A DNA stretch of 64,000 bases from an uncultured Gammaproteobacteria bacterium (GCA_963748215.1 CAVVHS010000003.1:128001-192000), one strand, 5' to 3'; positions 38,504 through 48,695 are shown, numbered from the stretch's first letter. Notes: generated by a model not told the origin, from the letters alone. Translations and numbers: made by a program.

Positions 38504-40250
38504 TCAGCCTGCGGCCGGGCGGGCAGCTTGTTGCGCGGTGGCGCCAGCCACTTGATCCTGTCCGGACTCCGCAGTGTGAACGGTGATCTGGGTGAACGGG
38601 ATCACCCAGCCTTCGCGGTTGCAGGTGTCCACGCAGGCCTGCTGCACCAGGCGCTGGGCCTTGAAATACGCCTTCGCTGCGCTGCCCTTCAGCACCAGGT
38701 AGATCTGGTAGTCCAGCGAACTGGCACCGGCGATCTTGAATTCGACCAGGATGTCACGGATGTCGTCGCCGAATCCCGCCTGCCGGAAGCGCTCGAGAAT
38801 CGCCTCGCGGAAGCGGCCGGGCACCGTGTCCAGGCAGATGGCCTGGTGCTGGTAGTCGATACCGAAGGTGCCGGCGATGCCGAACCCCTCGCGCGACAGG
38901 TTACGGACATTCTGACCGAGCAGGTCGCGGGTGCGGACCTGGAGCACGGCGTCCTGAATACCGATCTCGACCAGTTCGATGGTCTGGCGCAACACCCTGC
39001 CGAGACTGCCGTTGTCGAGGAGCAGGAAGTCGCCGGGCTGGCAGGGGAACCAGGGTTCCTCCCCGGCAGGCCGCGATGCAAAGTCATTCATGGCATGCAG
39101 GGGCAGCCGCACGACGCCCTCGAGGGCGGGGTTCCTCAGCACCGAAAAGACGCTGAGTGATTCCACCAGGAGCGGAATGCCGTCCAGCACCAGCCGTTCG
39201 TTTTCGCGCACCGGGCCGACACCCAGCAACAGCCGTATTTCCGCGGCGTAGCGGGGGAGGGTCTGTCGCAGGGCGAGCGCGGCGCCGGCCAGCGCGATCA
39301 GGGCGAGGGTGAGAAACAGTACGTCGCCACGCACATAAAACACCATGAGCGTGGCCACTATGATGAGGGCTGCCGTGGCCAGCCGGAAGCTGTAAAGTAC
39401 CAGCGGGGCCCGGGTGACGCCGATATCGCGCGGGGTCCGATAGGCCCATCCCAGGTAGAACTTGAGCATCAGCTTCAGGATCAGCCAGATGAGCGTGCCG
39501 ATGGCAACGGCCAGCAGCAGGGTGAGGCCGCGCCCGGTGAAAAATTCCTTAATCGCTTCCCCGCTCGACGCCCGCCACGCAATGCCTTCCGATTTCAGGC
39601 TGTCGCGCTTGAAACGGGATATCTCCAGGGCGCGTTCCGTATCGTCCCGGCGCTGCTCCCAAGTGACCAGTAACTGCCTGATCGGGTCGGCTGCCGCGGG
39701 CGGGAGATCCTGGGTCGAGAATAACCGGATCGATTCCAGCGCCTTGTCGATTACCTTGAGCTGGTTTTCCTGTCGCTCGATATCCCTGCGCAGGCTGTCC
39801 AGCTGGCGCGGTTTCGCGGTCAGTTCCTTGAGCTGAAGACAGGAGCGGACGGCTGATCTGCTCGATTTCCACGCGCCAGTCGATCGGCTGTTCGGGCTGG
39901 TCCGCCAGGACCGACAGATTGATATTGCCAAGCGCGATATGCTCGAATGACTGCTGCAGTTCCGCTACTTCATTCCTGATGCGCTCGATCTTCCGTTCGA
40001 CTTCCTGCCGCTCGGTTGCTTCCTCCAGCGTTTTCAGCTGTTCCCTGAGCTCGCGAAGGGTGCTGCGCTTTGCCTCGACGGAGCGCTGGATGGATGCCAG
40101 ATTCTCCGCCGCGGTCTGCAGCCTGACATCGGCGGCGCCCTGGACCGGGTGTTCCTGCGGCTGTGCAGGTGCCTGGCAAGGCAGTAATGCGGCTGCCAGC
40201 AGTACGAGCAGGGCGAGCGCGCTGGAAGATTTACCGGGTGCGTGAACCAT
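38504..40250 (-). pseudogene. MscS-like membrane protein with periplasmic coiled coil, single frameshift
   Basis: Frame change near 39835 (PLLSS to LKELT); C-terminal AGASSLDY..WVIPFTQITVH; may be a sequencing error. Confidence 0.75.
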
Positions 40251-40315
40251 ATCGATTGTCGACAATAGCGGGGAGCCCAACTCGCCGGTCGCGGCGGAAA
40301 GGAACGTTGCGTACT

Positions 40316-41623
40316 TTACAACAATCCGGAGAACAATGATGCCAGACCGAGGAAGCTGAAGAAGCCGACCACGTCGGTCACCGTTGTGAGGATGATGGAG
40401 GCCGACTGGGCCGGGTCCTGGCCCAGGCGCGTCAGCAGCAGCGGGATTGCGGCGCCGGACAGACCCGCCAGTGCCATGGATATCACCATGGCCACGCCGA
40501 TCACTGCGGCGAGACCGGCCGAGCGGCTCCACAACAGGACACCGAGCGACGTAACCAGCGCGATGGCCATGCCATTCAATATGCCGGCCAGCACTTCCTT
40601 CAGCAGTACGCGTTGCCAGTGACGTACCCGGATCTCCCGCACCGCCAGTCCGCGCATAATGACGGCCAGGGCCTGTGCGCCCGTATTGCCGGACTGCCCG
40701 GCAACGACCGGCAACAACACGGCCAGCGCCGTGAATTGCGCAATGGTGTCCTCGAAAATTCCGACCACCGAGGCGGCCAGAAAGGCGGTCAGCAGGTTGA
40801 TATTGAGCCAGGGCAGGCGCTTGCGCATCGCGAGCAGGGGGGAGGACAGCGCCCGCTCATCGCGGCTCACGCCGACCATGGCCTGCAGGTCCGCTGCCGC
40901 CTCTTCCTGTGCGGCCTTGATCACGGTGGACTGGCGGATGATGCCGAGCAGGCGGTTCTCGATGTCGACGACCGGCAGCAGCCTGAGCCGGTAGCGCGAG
41001 AACAGGTCAATGATTTCTTCCCGGGGTGTCAGCGCATTTACGCGCACCGGGGTGGTGATTTGCACGAGGGTCTCGAGCCGGGCGCCGGGGTCTGCGTGGA
41101 CGACGTCCGCCAGGTCTACCAGGCCGAGCAATCTGCCGCTGTCATCCGTCACCACCAGGACGGCCGTGTCGCGCGCCGGCAGTCGGCGCAAGCGGTGCAA
41201 TGCCTGCTTGACGGTCAGACGTGCGGGAATGCTCGGCGGGCGGGGCTGCATCAGGCGTCCCGCGCTGGCCTGCGGATAGGACATGAGATCGCGGAGTTCC
41301 CTGGCCAGCCCTGCATCCAGCCTGTCCAGTTGCAGCTCCCTGCTTTCCGGGTCCAGGCTGCCGAGCAGCAACGCCGCGCCAACCGGGTCCATGACGGTCA
41401 GGTTTCGCCTGGCTTGATCCGGCTGCAGTTTTTTCAATACCGACGTGGCGAGTGCCGTCGATATGCGCCCCAGGATCTGTGCCCCCCGGTCCGGTGGCAG
41501 GGAGTGCAACAGCTGGACGATTTCGTCGGCGGGCGCCGTTTCCAGCGCCTCGGTCGCCTCCTGGGGGAATTTCTCGATGAAGGCATCCGTCAGGGCATGC
41601 GAGATGGTCCGCAGCTCAGTCAC
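40316..41623 (-). CDS. mgtE: Magnesium transporter MgtE
   Basis: AGRLM, CBS pair, RLPWL..NL, GQSGNTGAQ, DPA, TTVTDVVG. Confidence 0.93.
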   Translation of the reverse strand: MTELRTISHALTDAFIEKFPQEATEALETAPADEIVQLLHSLPPDRGAQILGRISTALATSVLKKLQPDQARRNLTVMDPVGAALLLGSLDPESRELQLDRLDAGLARELRDLMSYPQASAGRLMQPRPPSIPARLTVKQALHRLRRLPARDTAVLVVTDDSGRLLGLVDLADVVHADPGARLETLVQITTPVRVNALTPREEIIDLFSRYRLRLLPVVDIENRLLGIIRQSTVIKAAQEEAAADLQAMVGVSRDERALSSPLLAMRKRLPWLNINLLTAFLAASVVGIFEDTIAQFTALAVLLPVVAGQSGNTGAQALAVIMRGLAVREIRVRHWQRVLLKEVLAGILNGMAIALVTSLGVLLWSRSAGLAAVIGVAMVISMALAGLSGAAIPLLLTRLGQDPAQSASIILTTVTDVVGFFSFLGLASLFSGLL

Positions 41624-42461
41624 GGGGATCCCGCTCCGCCAGTGATCTGCCGGTGTTGATCAGGGCGGACAGCAACTGGACTGCCGTGACGGAGAACAAT
41701 TCCCCCACGGCCATGACTGTACCCAGGCCGTTGCTGATGGCGCCCGTCTGTCGCAGCTGTTCCTCGAGGCGCCGCAGGCTCTTCTGCCGGATCACGCCGA
41801 GCAGGATGTTGTTTCCATCCGTAACCGGCATGGCGTGATATTCCTGCCAGTAGGGACTGTCAAGCACGGCCTGTATCGACAGCGTGGGGGGAAGGCTGGT
41901 GACATGCCTGTCCATCACCTGGCTGATCGTGCTGTTCGGCAGTGAATTGAGCAACTCGTGCAGGGTCACCACACCCGCCAGCTGTCCCCTGGTATTGGTG
42001 GCATAGAGATAGAATTTCATGCCGCGCCGGATGCGCTTGATGCGTTTCAGGGCATGTCGAACCGATAGATCCTCAGGCACGCTGGCCAGCGGTGCTTCCA
42101 TCAGGGCGCCGGCCGTGCCGTCAGGCCAGGGCAGCAGACGCTGTATGGATGCGGCGATGTCCGGTCGCATTTCGCCCAGCAGGGACTCGCGCTTGTCGTG
42201 ATCGAGCTGGCGCAACAGCGTGATCTGGGAATCCGGCAGGAGCCCGCCGAGGATGCGGCCGGCGGGTGCGGGTTCCAGGGCGGCAAGGCAGCTTGCCGCG
42301 TAACCCGGCGTGAAATGACTGACGACCTGGCCGGCGGTTTCCAGGCTGGCGGCTGTCAGGTAGCGTGCCACTGTTTCGGCGGGATAATTCTCGAGTACGC
42401 GCGCTGCAGCCGCGGGCTGGTTTTTCAGTATGGCCGAACTCAGGCGGGAATAGGGATTCAT
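41616..42461 (-). CDS. Soluble MgtE N-domain + CBS pair protein (no TM)
   Basis: GTAGALM, YLYATN..GQLAGVV, MPVTD...LLGVI. Confidence 0.85.
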   Translation of the reverse strand: MNPYSRLSSAILKNQPAAAARVLENYPAETVARYLTAASLETAGQVVSHFTPGYAASCLAALEPAPAGRILGGLLPDSQITLLRQLDHDKRESLLGEMRPDIAASIQRLLPWPDGTAGALMEAPLASVPEDLSVRHALKRIKRIRRGMKFYLYATNTRGQLAGVVTLHELLNSLPNSTISQVMDRHVTSLPPTLSIQAVLDSPYWQEYHAMPVTDGNNILLGVIRQKSLRRLEEQLRQTGAISNGLGTVMAVGELFSVTAVQLLSALINTGRSLAERDPRD

Positions 42462-43324
42462 GCGCCGCTGCTACCGGAAATATTGACCGACTCCTGTTCG
42501 CTGAAGCGCTTGGCCGGGATCAGTGCCTGCCCGTCCCGGGTCTCGAGGATGAGGCTCGTGCGGGTGATGCGCAGGATTTTCCCCTCGATATCACCGATGC
42601 GAATCGTATCGCCTGCCTGGTATGCCTGTGCAATGGACTGCGCACCCAGCATGTTGGCGATGGTGGTCTTCGCGCCAAAGGCGAAGGCAAGTGCAATCGC
42701 GCCGAGTGTCACGCCGAACAGCGTCGCGACCAGTGCCACCAGCACGGTGTTGTCGATACCGATCTGTCCGGCGGCGACAGAGAAAACGACCAGCAGGACC
42801 AGTACCTGGCCCAGGCGGCCGAGGATTTCACCCTGTTCGACGCCTATCCTGATGCTGGTGCGGGTGAGGACGGCCCGTGTTGCCTCGCCAAACCACAAGC
42901 CGATGAAGAGAATCAGCAGTCCCGCCAGCAGGCGCGGCAGGTAGGCGGTGACGCCGCCGAGCAGCCCCGAGATCACCTTCAGTTCGAGCACCTCGGCCGC
43001 CGCAAGGATGAAGAAGAGCATGGTCACCCAGAACACGATGCGACTGGCGATGCGTGGCGCCGCGCTGTAGGACTGCGGCTGCTTGATACGCGTATCCATC
43101 GGCCGAGTGTGTGCAAGCCGCACCAGGGTCTTCTCGGTGATCTTTTCCGTTGTATACCGCAGCAGGCGCGCCACACCCCAGCCGACCAGCAGCAGCACCA
43201 CGGCCCCGAGAATCGATGGCAGGTATTCGAGGATCTGGAAGGCCACCCGTCTGACGGACTCGGCCAGTGTGGCCGTCCACTCCTGAAGTTCGACGATCGT
43301 ATTCTGGTTTTCCATGGGCGGCAA
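42458..43324 (-). CDS. Small-conductance mechanosensitive channel family protein (CmpX-like TM helices)
   Basis: YLPSILGA, YLPRLLAG, ALAFAFGAK, GDTIRIGDIEG. Confidence 0.88.
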   Translation of the reverse strand: MPPMENQNTIVELQEWTATLAESVRRVAFQILEYLPSILGAVVLLLVGWGVARLLRYTTEKITEKTLVRLAHTRPMDTRIKQPQSYSAAPRIASRIVFWVTMLFFILAAAEVLELKVISGLLGGVTAYLPRLLAGLLILFIGLWFGEATRAVLTRTSIRIGVEQGEILGRLGQVLVLLVVFSVAAGQIGIDNTVLVALVATLFGVTLGAIALAFAFGAKTTIANMLGAQSIAQAYQAGDTIRIGDIEGKILRITRTSLILETRDGQALIPAKRFSEQESVNISGSSGA

Positions 43325-43578
43325 TCATAGGGCGCAAGTCATCACGCCCGCAACAACTGTTACAAGCCATCGTTCCTTGTCGGGTCGCGTCGTTTTGTTA
43401 CGGAATTGTGACAGCGAGGCACGCCTGGCAGAGGCCCCTTGATCACCTTGCGTGGTCGTAGCGGTGGCGGCCCGCTGTGGCGATTTGATCGGCGGACAGT
43501 TTCCCCGGGCGGATTTCCCGCATGCCCCGGCCGTCACGAAATTCGCCTGTCCGGAGAGCCGGGAGCGCCAGTCGTGTA

Positions 43579-43615
43579 ATTAACACAGGCTATGGGAAGC
43601 ATAGCTGTTATTCAT
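43579..43615. promoter_or_regulatory. OxyR-like LysR operator upstream of peroxiredoxin
   Basis: ATTA-n7-CTAT-n7-ATAG-n7-TCAT versus OxyR ATAG-n7-CTAT-n7-ATAG-n7-CTAT. Confidence 0.5.
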
Positions 43616-43694
43616 TGGATCTATGGAAGGGCGACCTCCCCAGACTGTACTGATCAGCAATCAAACCCTACCATCATCCGACGAGGAAATGACC

Positions 43695-44351
43695 ATGGAA
43701 ACTGTGAATACCGAACAACACGCGGCGACCCTGCCGCAACTGAACCGCCCGGCACCGGACTTCGAGGCCGTCACTACCTTGGGGTGAAGAAGCTTGCGGA
43801 TTACCGTGGCAAGTGGCTGGTGCTGTTCTCGCATCCTGCGGATTTCACCCCGGTGTGTACCACCGAGTTCATCGCCTTCGCCAGGCGCCACGCGGAATTC
43901 CAGGCCCTGAACACCGAGTTGCTGGGCCTATCGATCGACAGCCACTATGCGCACCTCGCCTGGGTGCGCAACATCAAGGAGAAGTTTGGCGTCGACATTC
44001 CGTTCCCGATCATCGCCGATCTGTCCATGTCGGTCGCCAACAGCTACGGCATGGTGCAGCCGGGTACCAGCGATACCTCGGCGGTGCGCGCGACCTTCGT
44101 CATCGATGACAAGGGCGTGTTGCGGGCGATGGTGTACTACCCGATGACCAACGGCCGTTCGATCGATGAATTCCTGCGCCTGGTTACCGCTCTGCAAACG
44201 TCGGATGCCAACAAGGTGGCGACACCGGAAGGCTGGCAGCCGGGTGACAAGGTGATCGTGCCGCCGCCGGCAACCGCGGAGGCGGCCGAGGCGCGCATCA
44301 ACGAGGGATTACGAATGCGTCGACTGGTACTTCTGCAAGAAGGCGCTGTGA
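43695..44351 (+). pseudogene. Peroxiredoxin (Prx6/AhpC-like) with two compensating 1-nt frameshifts
   Basis: FSHPADFTPVCTTE core; N-terminus (PAPDFEAVTT) and C-terminus (YECVDWYFCKKAL*) lie in another frame. Confidence 0.85.
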
Positions 44352-44389
44352 TGCGCGTGTGTGAGCGTTGCTCTGCTGTTTGAAGTGTG

Positions 44390-44422
44390 TTGTCTGCCCC
44401 GTATTGGGGCAGACAATTTTAT
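44390..44422 (+). terminator. Rho-independent terminator
   Basis: TTGTCTGCCCC-GTATT-GGGGCAGACAA-TTTT. Confidence 0.85.
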
Positions 44423-44512
44423 TGTGATGTATGCATGCATAAAGTTTGCGATTCATCATATTTTAATGAATTTACTTATATGCTATAAAACCTCCGTACA
44501 TGGAGGTGTGAA

Positions 44513-44653
44513 ATGTATTTTGACAACCTGACTATTACGGCACTGGTGATCTTCATTTTCGAGTTCGGACTCGTCGTACGTTTTTGTGTGTTCGGTTCGT
44601 GCGGTGGACCGCTGCGTGATGAAGAACCCGGTGTGACTGACAAACCTTGCTGA
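44513..44653 (+). CDS. 46-aa single-TM microprotein (family 2, copy 1)
   Basis: GGAGGTG RBS; MYFDNLTITALVIFIFEFGLVVRFCVFGSCGGPLRDEEPGVTDKPC*. Confidence 0.75.
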   Translation: MYFDNLTITALVIFIFEFGLVVRFCVFGSCGGPLRDEEPGVTDKPC

Positions 44654-44858
44654 CCCGCTCCTGATTGCCGTTCGGGCGGGTGCCCGGTACACAGGGCGGT
44701 TCGCTTCCGGCTTGCGCGGCTGGCGGCGTTTACTCGTGGCTGATCTTGTCCCGTATTGGGCGGTCAGCGTCTCCGAACGGCTAAAAATCCCACCCAGCTA
44801 AAAAACATCGATAAATCACGCGCCTTGTTGCGTGCAACTGTGCCGGCCCCTGTTGATA

Positions 44859-44886
44859 TTGACAAAATATAATTAAATACTAATAT
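44859..44886 (+). promoter_or_regulatory. sigma70-type promoter
   Basis: TTGACA-16-TAATAT in AT-rich DNA. Confidence 0.55.
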
Positions 44887-44928
44887 AACTGTTAGCTGTA
44901 GTTCCTGGCGGGTCTGAGGAGGTGTTAT

Positions 44929-45090
44929 ATGCACATCGATAGCTTGACGGTTACTGCACTGGTTGTGTTCATCATCATGCTGGCAGTCTTCGTGCGCTTT
45001 TGCATGGTGAAGGTCTGTGGCCTGGCTGCCACGCGCATGCACGGTACGCAGGACACACAGGACCGGGCGCAGGGAGGTGACAAGTCATGA
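44929..45090 (+). CDS. 53-aa single-TM microprotein (family 2, copy 2)
   Basis: AGGAGGTG RBS; MHIDSLTVTALVVFIIMLAVFVRFCMVKVCG...; ATGA overlap with rhodanese gene. Confidence 0.8.
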   Translation: MHIDSLTVTALVVFIIMLAVFVRFCMVKVCGLAATRMHGTQDTQDRAQGGDKS

Positions 45091-45410
45091 ACCTCGCACT
45101 GCATACCCTGGGCCTGGCCGGCAGCGAAACGCTGAACGGCGGGTCTGCCGCAATCCTGCTGGCAGGTGGCTGCCAGCTGGTTGACGTCCGCTCACCGGAC
45201 GATTTCATCCGCGACGCGCTGCCCGGTGCGCTTAACCTTCCGGTCGAAGCGCTGTCCTACGATTTCAGGCACCTCGACAAGCACGAGCCGGTGATTGTCT
45301 ACGGCGCGCACCCGGTTGCCTGTGTGCGGGCCGCGCGTCTGCTGGCCGGGCAGGGCTTTTCACGTATCTACCATCTCGCCTTCACGGATGCAGCGGGCAC
45401 CGGCGTGTGA
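45087..45410 (+). CDS. Rhodanese-like domain protein
   Basis: LVDVRSPDDF..LPGALNLP, VIVYG (usual active-site Cys appears as Gly), GFSRIYHL. Confidence 0.85.
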   Translation: MNLALHTLGLAGSETLNGGSAAILLAGGCQLVDVRSPDDFIRDALPGALNLPVEALSYDFRHLDKHEPVIVYGAHPVACVRAARLLAGQGFSRIYHLAFTDAAGTGV

Positions 45411-45607
45411 GTATTGAACAGTTCGAGTCGATTTCGCTGAACCTCGGGGTTGGCGGTCTGGTGTTGTACATGCTGTTTGTCATGTACCGCCTGGCAAAGG
45501 AATCCGGTGCCGGGCGCTTCGGTACCCTGGTGATTTTCCTGTCGCTGGGGTTGGGCATCGTCGGCTTCGCCACCAAGTCGGTCATCCAGCTGATGCTCCA
45601 CGTATAG
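45407..45607 (+). CDS. DUF2788-family membrane protein
   Basis: YMLFVMYRLAKESGAGRFGT..FL.LGLG. Confidence 0.85.
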   Translation: MSIEQFESISLNLGVGGLVLYMLFVMYRLAKESGAGRFGTLVIFLSLGLGIVGFATKSVIQLMLHV

Positions 45608-45777
45608 GGTGCGTTCTACGCACCTGGAATTCCAGGTGTAGGGTGCGTTTTACGCACCGGATAGGGCGCACGAGGCAATGGTGCACGGAGTGCACCCTAC
45701 AGATCCTGCGCTCTGACAGAAATCCAGATGTAGGGTGCGTTTTACGCACCGTAAATGGTGCACGAAGTGCATCCTAC
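45604..45777. repeat. GTAG-family REP cluster (5 units, REPIN-like doublets)
   Basis: GTAGGGTGCGTTTTACGCACC-type units at 45604, 45638, 45730; inverted units at 45680 and 45757. Confidence 0.9.
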
Positions 45778-45791
45778 AGATCCCGCGTGCG

Positions 45792-45977
45792 TTATTTTTT
45801 CTCTCCCGTCTCGTCTTCGCCGGGTTCTTCCTGCGGCGAATCGTCGTCCATGAGTATCTGGTGGGCCGGCCCCTCCAGGTCATCGAACTGACCCGAACGG
45901 ATGGCCCAGATGAACACCCAGATAATCACGCCGACCAGGATGATCGACAGGGGAATCAGCAGGTATATGATTTCCAT
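45792..45977 (-). CDS. ccoS: cbb3 oxidase maturation protein CcoS
   Basis: LLIPLS..WAIRSGQFDDLEGPAHQILMDD. Confidence 0.95.
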   Translation of the reverse strand: MEIIYLLIPLSIILVGVIIWVFIWAIRSGQFDDLEGPAHQILMDDDSPQEEPGEDETGEKK

Positions 45978-45980
45978 GGG

Positions 45981-48482
45981 TTATCTTCCGCGTGTCAGGC
46001 GCAGGGCGTTCAATACCACGAGCAGCGAGCTTGATGACATGCCGATGGCGGCCATCCACGGCGCAACGTAGCCCAGTGCCGCGGCCGGCAGCGCGATCAG
46101 GTTGTACGCGATCGCCCAGCCGAGGTTCTGCCGGATGACACGCAGCGTGTGCCGGGCCAGCCGCATACCGTTCGACAGGCCTTCCAGCCGGTTCGAGAGC
46201 AGGATCATGTCGGCACTGGCCTGACTGATTTGCGCGGCCGCCTGCATGGCAATCGAGACATCCGCTGCGCCCAGTACCGGCGCGTCATTGATGCCGTCGC
46301 CGACCATCACCACGACGGCCCCCTGCTGCTGCAGGCGCTGCACCTCGCGCAGCTTGTCCGCCGGTTTCATGTCGGCGAGGACCGTATCGATGCCCAGCCC
46401 ATCGGCGACGGCGTGCGCGGCGGCCGGGTTGTCGCCGCTCATCAGGATCACCTGTTTGCCGCTGTGCTGCAAGGCGCGGATCGCTGCCTGTGCATCGGGC
46501 CGGATTTCGTCGCGCAGTGACAGGCGTGCATGTACCCGCTGCGTATCCGCCAGCAGGATGTGCGTGGCGCCGTCCGCAGCCGGCAAGGCGAAGTCCTTGC
46601 CGGCCGTGCTGTGTTCCCGCACGAAGGCGGCGTTGCCGATGAACCAGGTGCCGTCGTGCAGCCGGCCGCTGATGCCGGCGCCGGGATAGTTGGTGATATC
46701 GCGCGCCGTGAGCGGATTGCCGTCGACGCGGTCGCAGATGGCCCTGGCCGCGGCGTGTTCGGAATGCGCCTCCAGCGCGGCGGCTATCCACAGCAGTTGC
46801 TGTTCGTCGAGGTCGGAATCGCGCTCGATAGCGACGATTGCCGGGGTGCCGACGGTCAGCGTGCCGGTCTTGTCGAAGACGACATGGGTCGCGCGCGCCA
46901 GGGTTTCGAGGCGGGCGCTGCCGGTGGTCAGCAGGCCCTGGGCGAGCAGCGTGCCGGTGGCGGCGCTGATGGCGGTGGGCGTGGCCAGCGACAGCGCACA
47001 CGGGCAGGTAACCACCAGCACCGATACCAGTATCGGCAGCCAGTGGTCCGGTGCCTGCTGCCACCAGTACAGTCCGACCGCGCCCGCCAGCAGCAGGACG
47101 CCCACCACGAACCAGGCGGCCGCGCGGTCGGCGAGCCGGGTGATGGCCGGCTTTTCCTGCTGGGCGCGTTCCAGCAGGCGCGTGATCTCGGCCAGCACGG
47201 TATCCAGCCCGGTCTTGTCCACGCGCATGACCAGCGGGCTGTCCATGTTGATGCTGCCGCCGACCAGGCGGGCGCCGGGTGCCTTGGCGAGCGGCGTGCT
47301 TTCGCCGCTCAACAGGGCCTCGCTGACGCCGGAGTTGCCCGACTCGACCGTACCGTCGGCCGGGACCGCCGCGCCCGGCCTGATCAGTACCCGGTCGCCC
47401 GGCTGCAGTTCGCTGGCCGGGATGATGTCCTGCGTGTCCCTGCCGTCGACCCCGGTCAGGCGGGTCGCCATGGCGGGCAGGGCGTGGGCCAGGTTCTCGG
47501 CGATTTCCGCTCCGCGCTTGCGCGCCATGAGTTCGAAGTAGCGGCTCACCAGCAGGAAAAAGATGAACATGACCACTGAGTCGTAGTACACCTCGCCGCG
47601 ACCGGTGAGCGTGGCATGCACGCTGCCTCCGAAGGCGACCAGGATGCCGAGCGCCACCGGTACGTCCATGCCGACGCTGCGGTTGCGCAGGTCGCGCCAC
47701 GCACCGCGCAGGAACGGGGCGCCCGCGTACAGCAGCACCGGCGTGGTCAGCAGCAGCCCGATCCAGCGGAAAAAGCGCCGGAATTCGTCCTCCATCCCGG
47801 ACCAGTCGCCAATGTAGAGCGTGATCGACAGCATCATGACCTGCATGCCCAGCACGCCGGCGATGCCGATACGCTTGAGCTGCGTGCGGCGCTCGCGCTC
47901 GCGCGCCAGTTGCTGCCGGGCGGGATCGTAGGGATGCGCGGTGTAGCCGATGTTGTGGATCGCCTGCAGGATGTCGCTCAGCTTGATCCTGGAGTCATCC
48001 CAGCGGACGCGCGCACGGTGTGTCGCGTAGTTGATCTGCACTTCCAGCACGCCCGGCAGGCGGCTCACGTGGCGCTCGTTCAGCCATATGCAGGCCGCGC
48101 ATACGATACCTTCGAGAATCAGCGCGGCCTCGTGTTCGTGTGCGCCGGTGCTGCGTACGAAGGTCTTCTGGATCTCGGGATGGTCATAGACCTGTGTCTG
48201 CTGGATAAATTCCGGCACCAGCGCCGTGCCGGTGTTGGAAACCCGGGTGCGGTGGCGATAGAAGTCGGTATGGCCGGCATCGATGATGGCCTGTGCGACG
48301 GCCTGGCAACCAGGGCAGCACATGGGTTCATCGCGGCCGTTGATACTGACCCTCAGGTCGAGACCGGGCGGCACCGGCAGACCGCAATGAAAGCAATCGG
48401 CCGCCTCTGCCTCGGTGGCGGCTTGCGGGAGTCCGGCGGTTGCCGGTGTTGGCGGGGACACTGTGGTTACCGTGGTAATCAT
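45981..48482 (-). CDS. ccoI: Cu-translocating P1B-ATPase CcoI/FixI
   Basis: CFHC/CCPGC, CAAC, CPCALSLATP, DKTGTLT, GDGINDAP. Confidence 0.93.
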   Translation of the reverse strand: MITTVTTVSPPTPATAGLPQAATEAEAADCFHCGLPVPPGLDLRVSINGRDEPMCCPGCQAVAQAIIDAGHTDFYRHRTRVSNTGTALVPEFIQQTQVYDHPEIQKTFVRSTGAHEHEAALILEGIVCAACIWLNERHVSRLPGVLEVQINYATHRARVRWDDSRIKLSDILQAIHNIGYTAHPYDPARQQLARERERRTQLKRIGIAGVLGMQVMMLSITLYIGDWSGMEDEFRRFFRWIGLLLTTPVLLYAGAPFLRGAWRDLRNRSVGMDVPVALGILVAFGGSVHATLTGRGEVYYDSVVMFIFFLLVSRYFELMARKRGAEIAENLAHALPAMATRLTGVDGRDTQDIIPASELQPGDRVLIRPGAAVPADGTVESGNSGVSEALLSGESTPLAKAPGARLVGGSINMDSPLVMRVDKTGLDTVLAEITRLLERAQQEKPAITRLADRAAAWFVVGVLLLAGAVGLYWWQQAPDHWLPILVSVLVVTCPCALSLATPTAISAATGTLLAQGLLTTGSARLETLARATHVVFDKTGTLTVGTPAIVAIERDSDLDEQQLLWIAAALEAHSEHAAARAICDRVDGNPLTARDITNYPGAGISGRLHDGTWFIGNAAFVREHSTAGKDFALPAADGATHILLADTQRVHARLSLRDEIRPDAQAAIRALQHSGKQVILMSGDNPAAAHAVADGLGIDTVLADMKPADKLREVQRLQQQGAVVVMVGDGINDAPVLGAADVSIAMQAAAQISQASADMILLSNRLEGLSNGMRLARHTLRVIRQNLGWAIAYNLIALPAAALGYVAPWMAAIGMSSSSLLVVLNALRLTRGR

Positions 48483-48573
48483 CTGTTTTTCAAGGCGCTG
48501 CAGGCGCGCTGGCTGACCATAGCGTACCGTCAAATAGCATGCAGAGGAACTGTATTATAATTTTCTAATGTAC

Positions 48574-48587
48574 TTGATGCAGGTCAA
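48574..48587. promoter_or_regulatory. FNR/ANR box between divergent ccoI and ompW
   Basis: TTGAT-GCAG-GTCAA, one mismatch to TTGAT-N4-ATCAA. Confidence 0.8.
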
Positions 48588-48695
48588 TTAACATCCGCTC
48601 CCGCCTGTCAATAATACCCACCACATTACAGTTTTATTACCTGCGCCCGGTGCATGGCGTGGCGTGTGACAAATCCACTGAACAGGAGAATGATC

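Noticed and set aside
45604-45777. Possible CRISPR array
   Set aside because: Units alternate in orientation, spacing is irregular (6-29 bp) and there are no cas genes; typical REP architecture.
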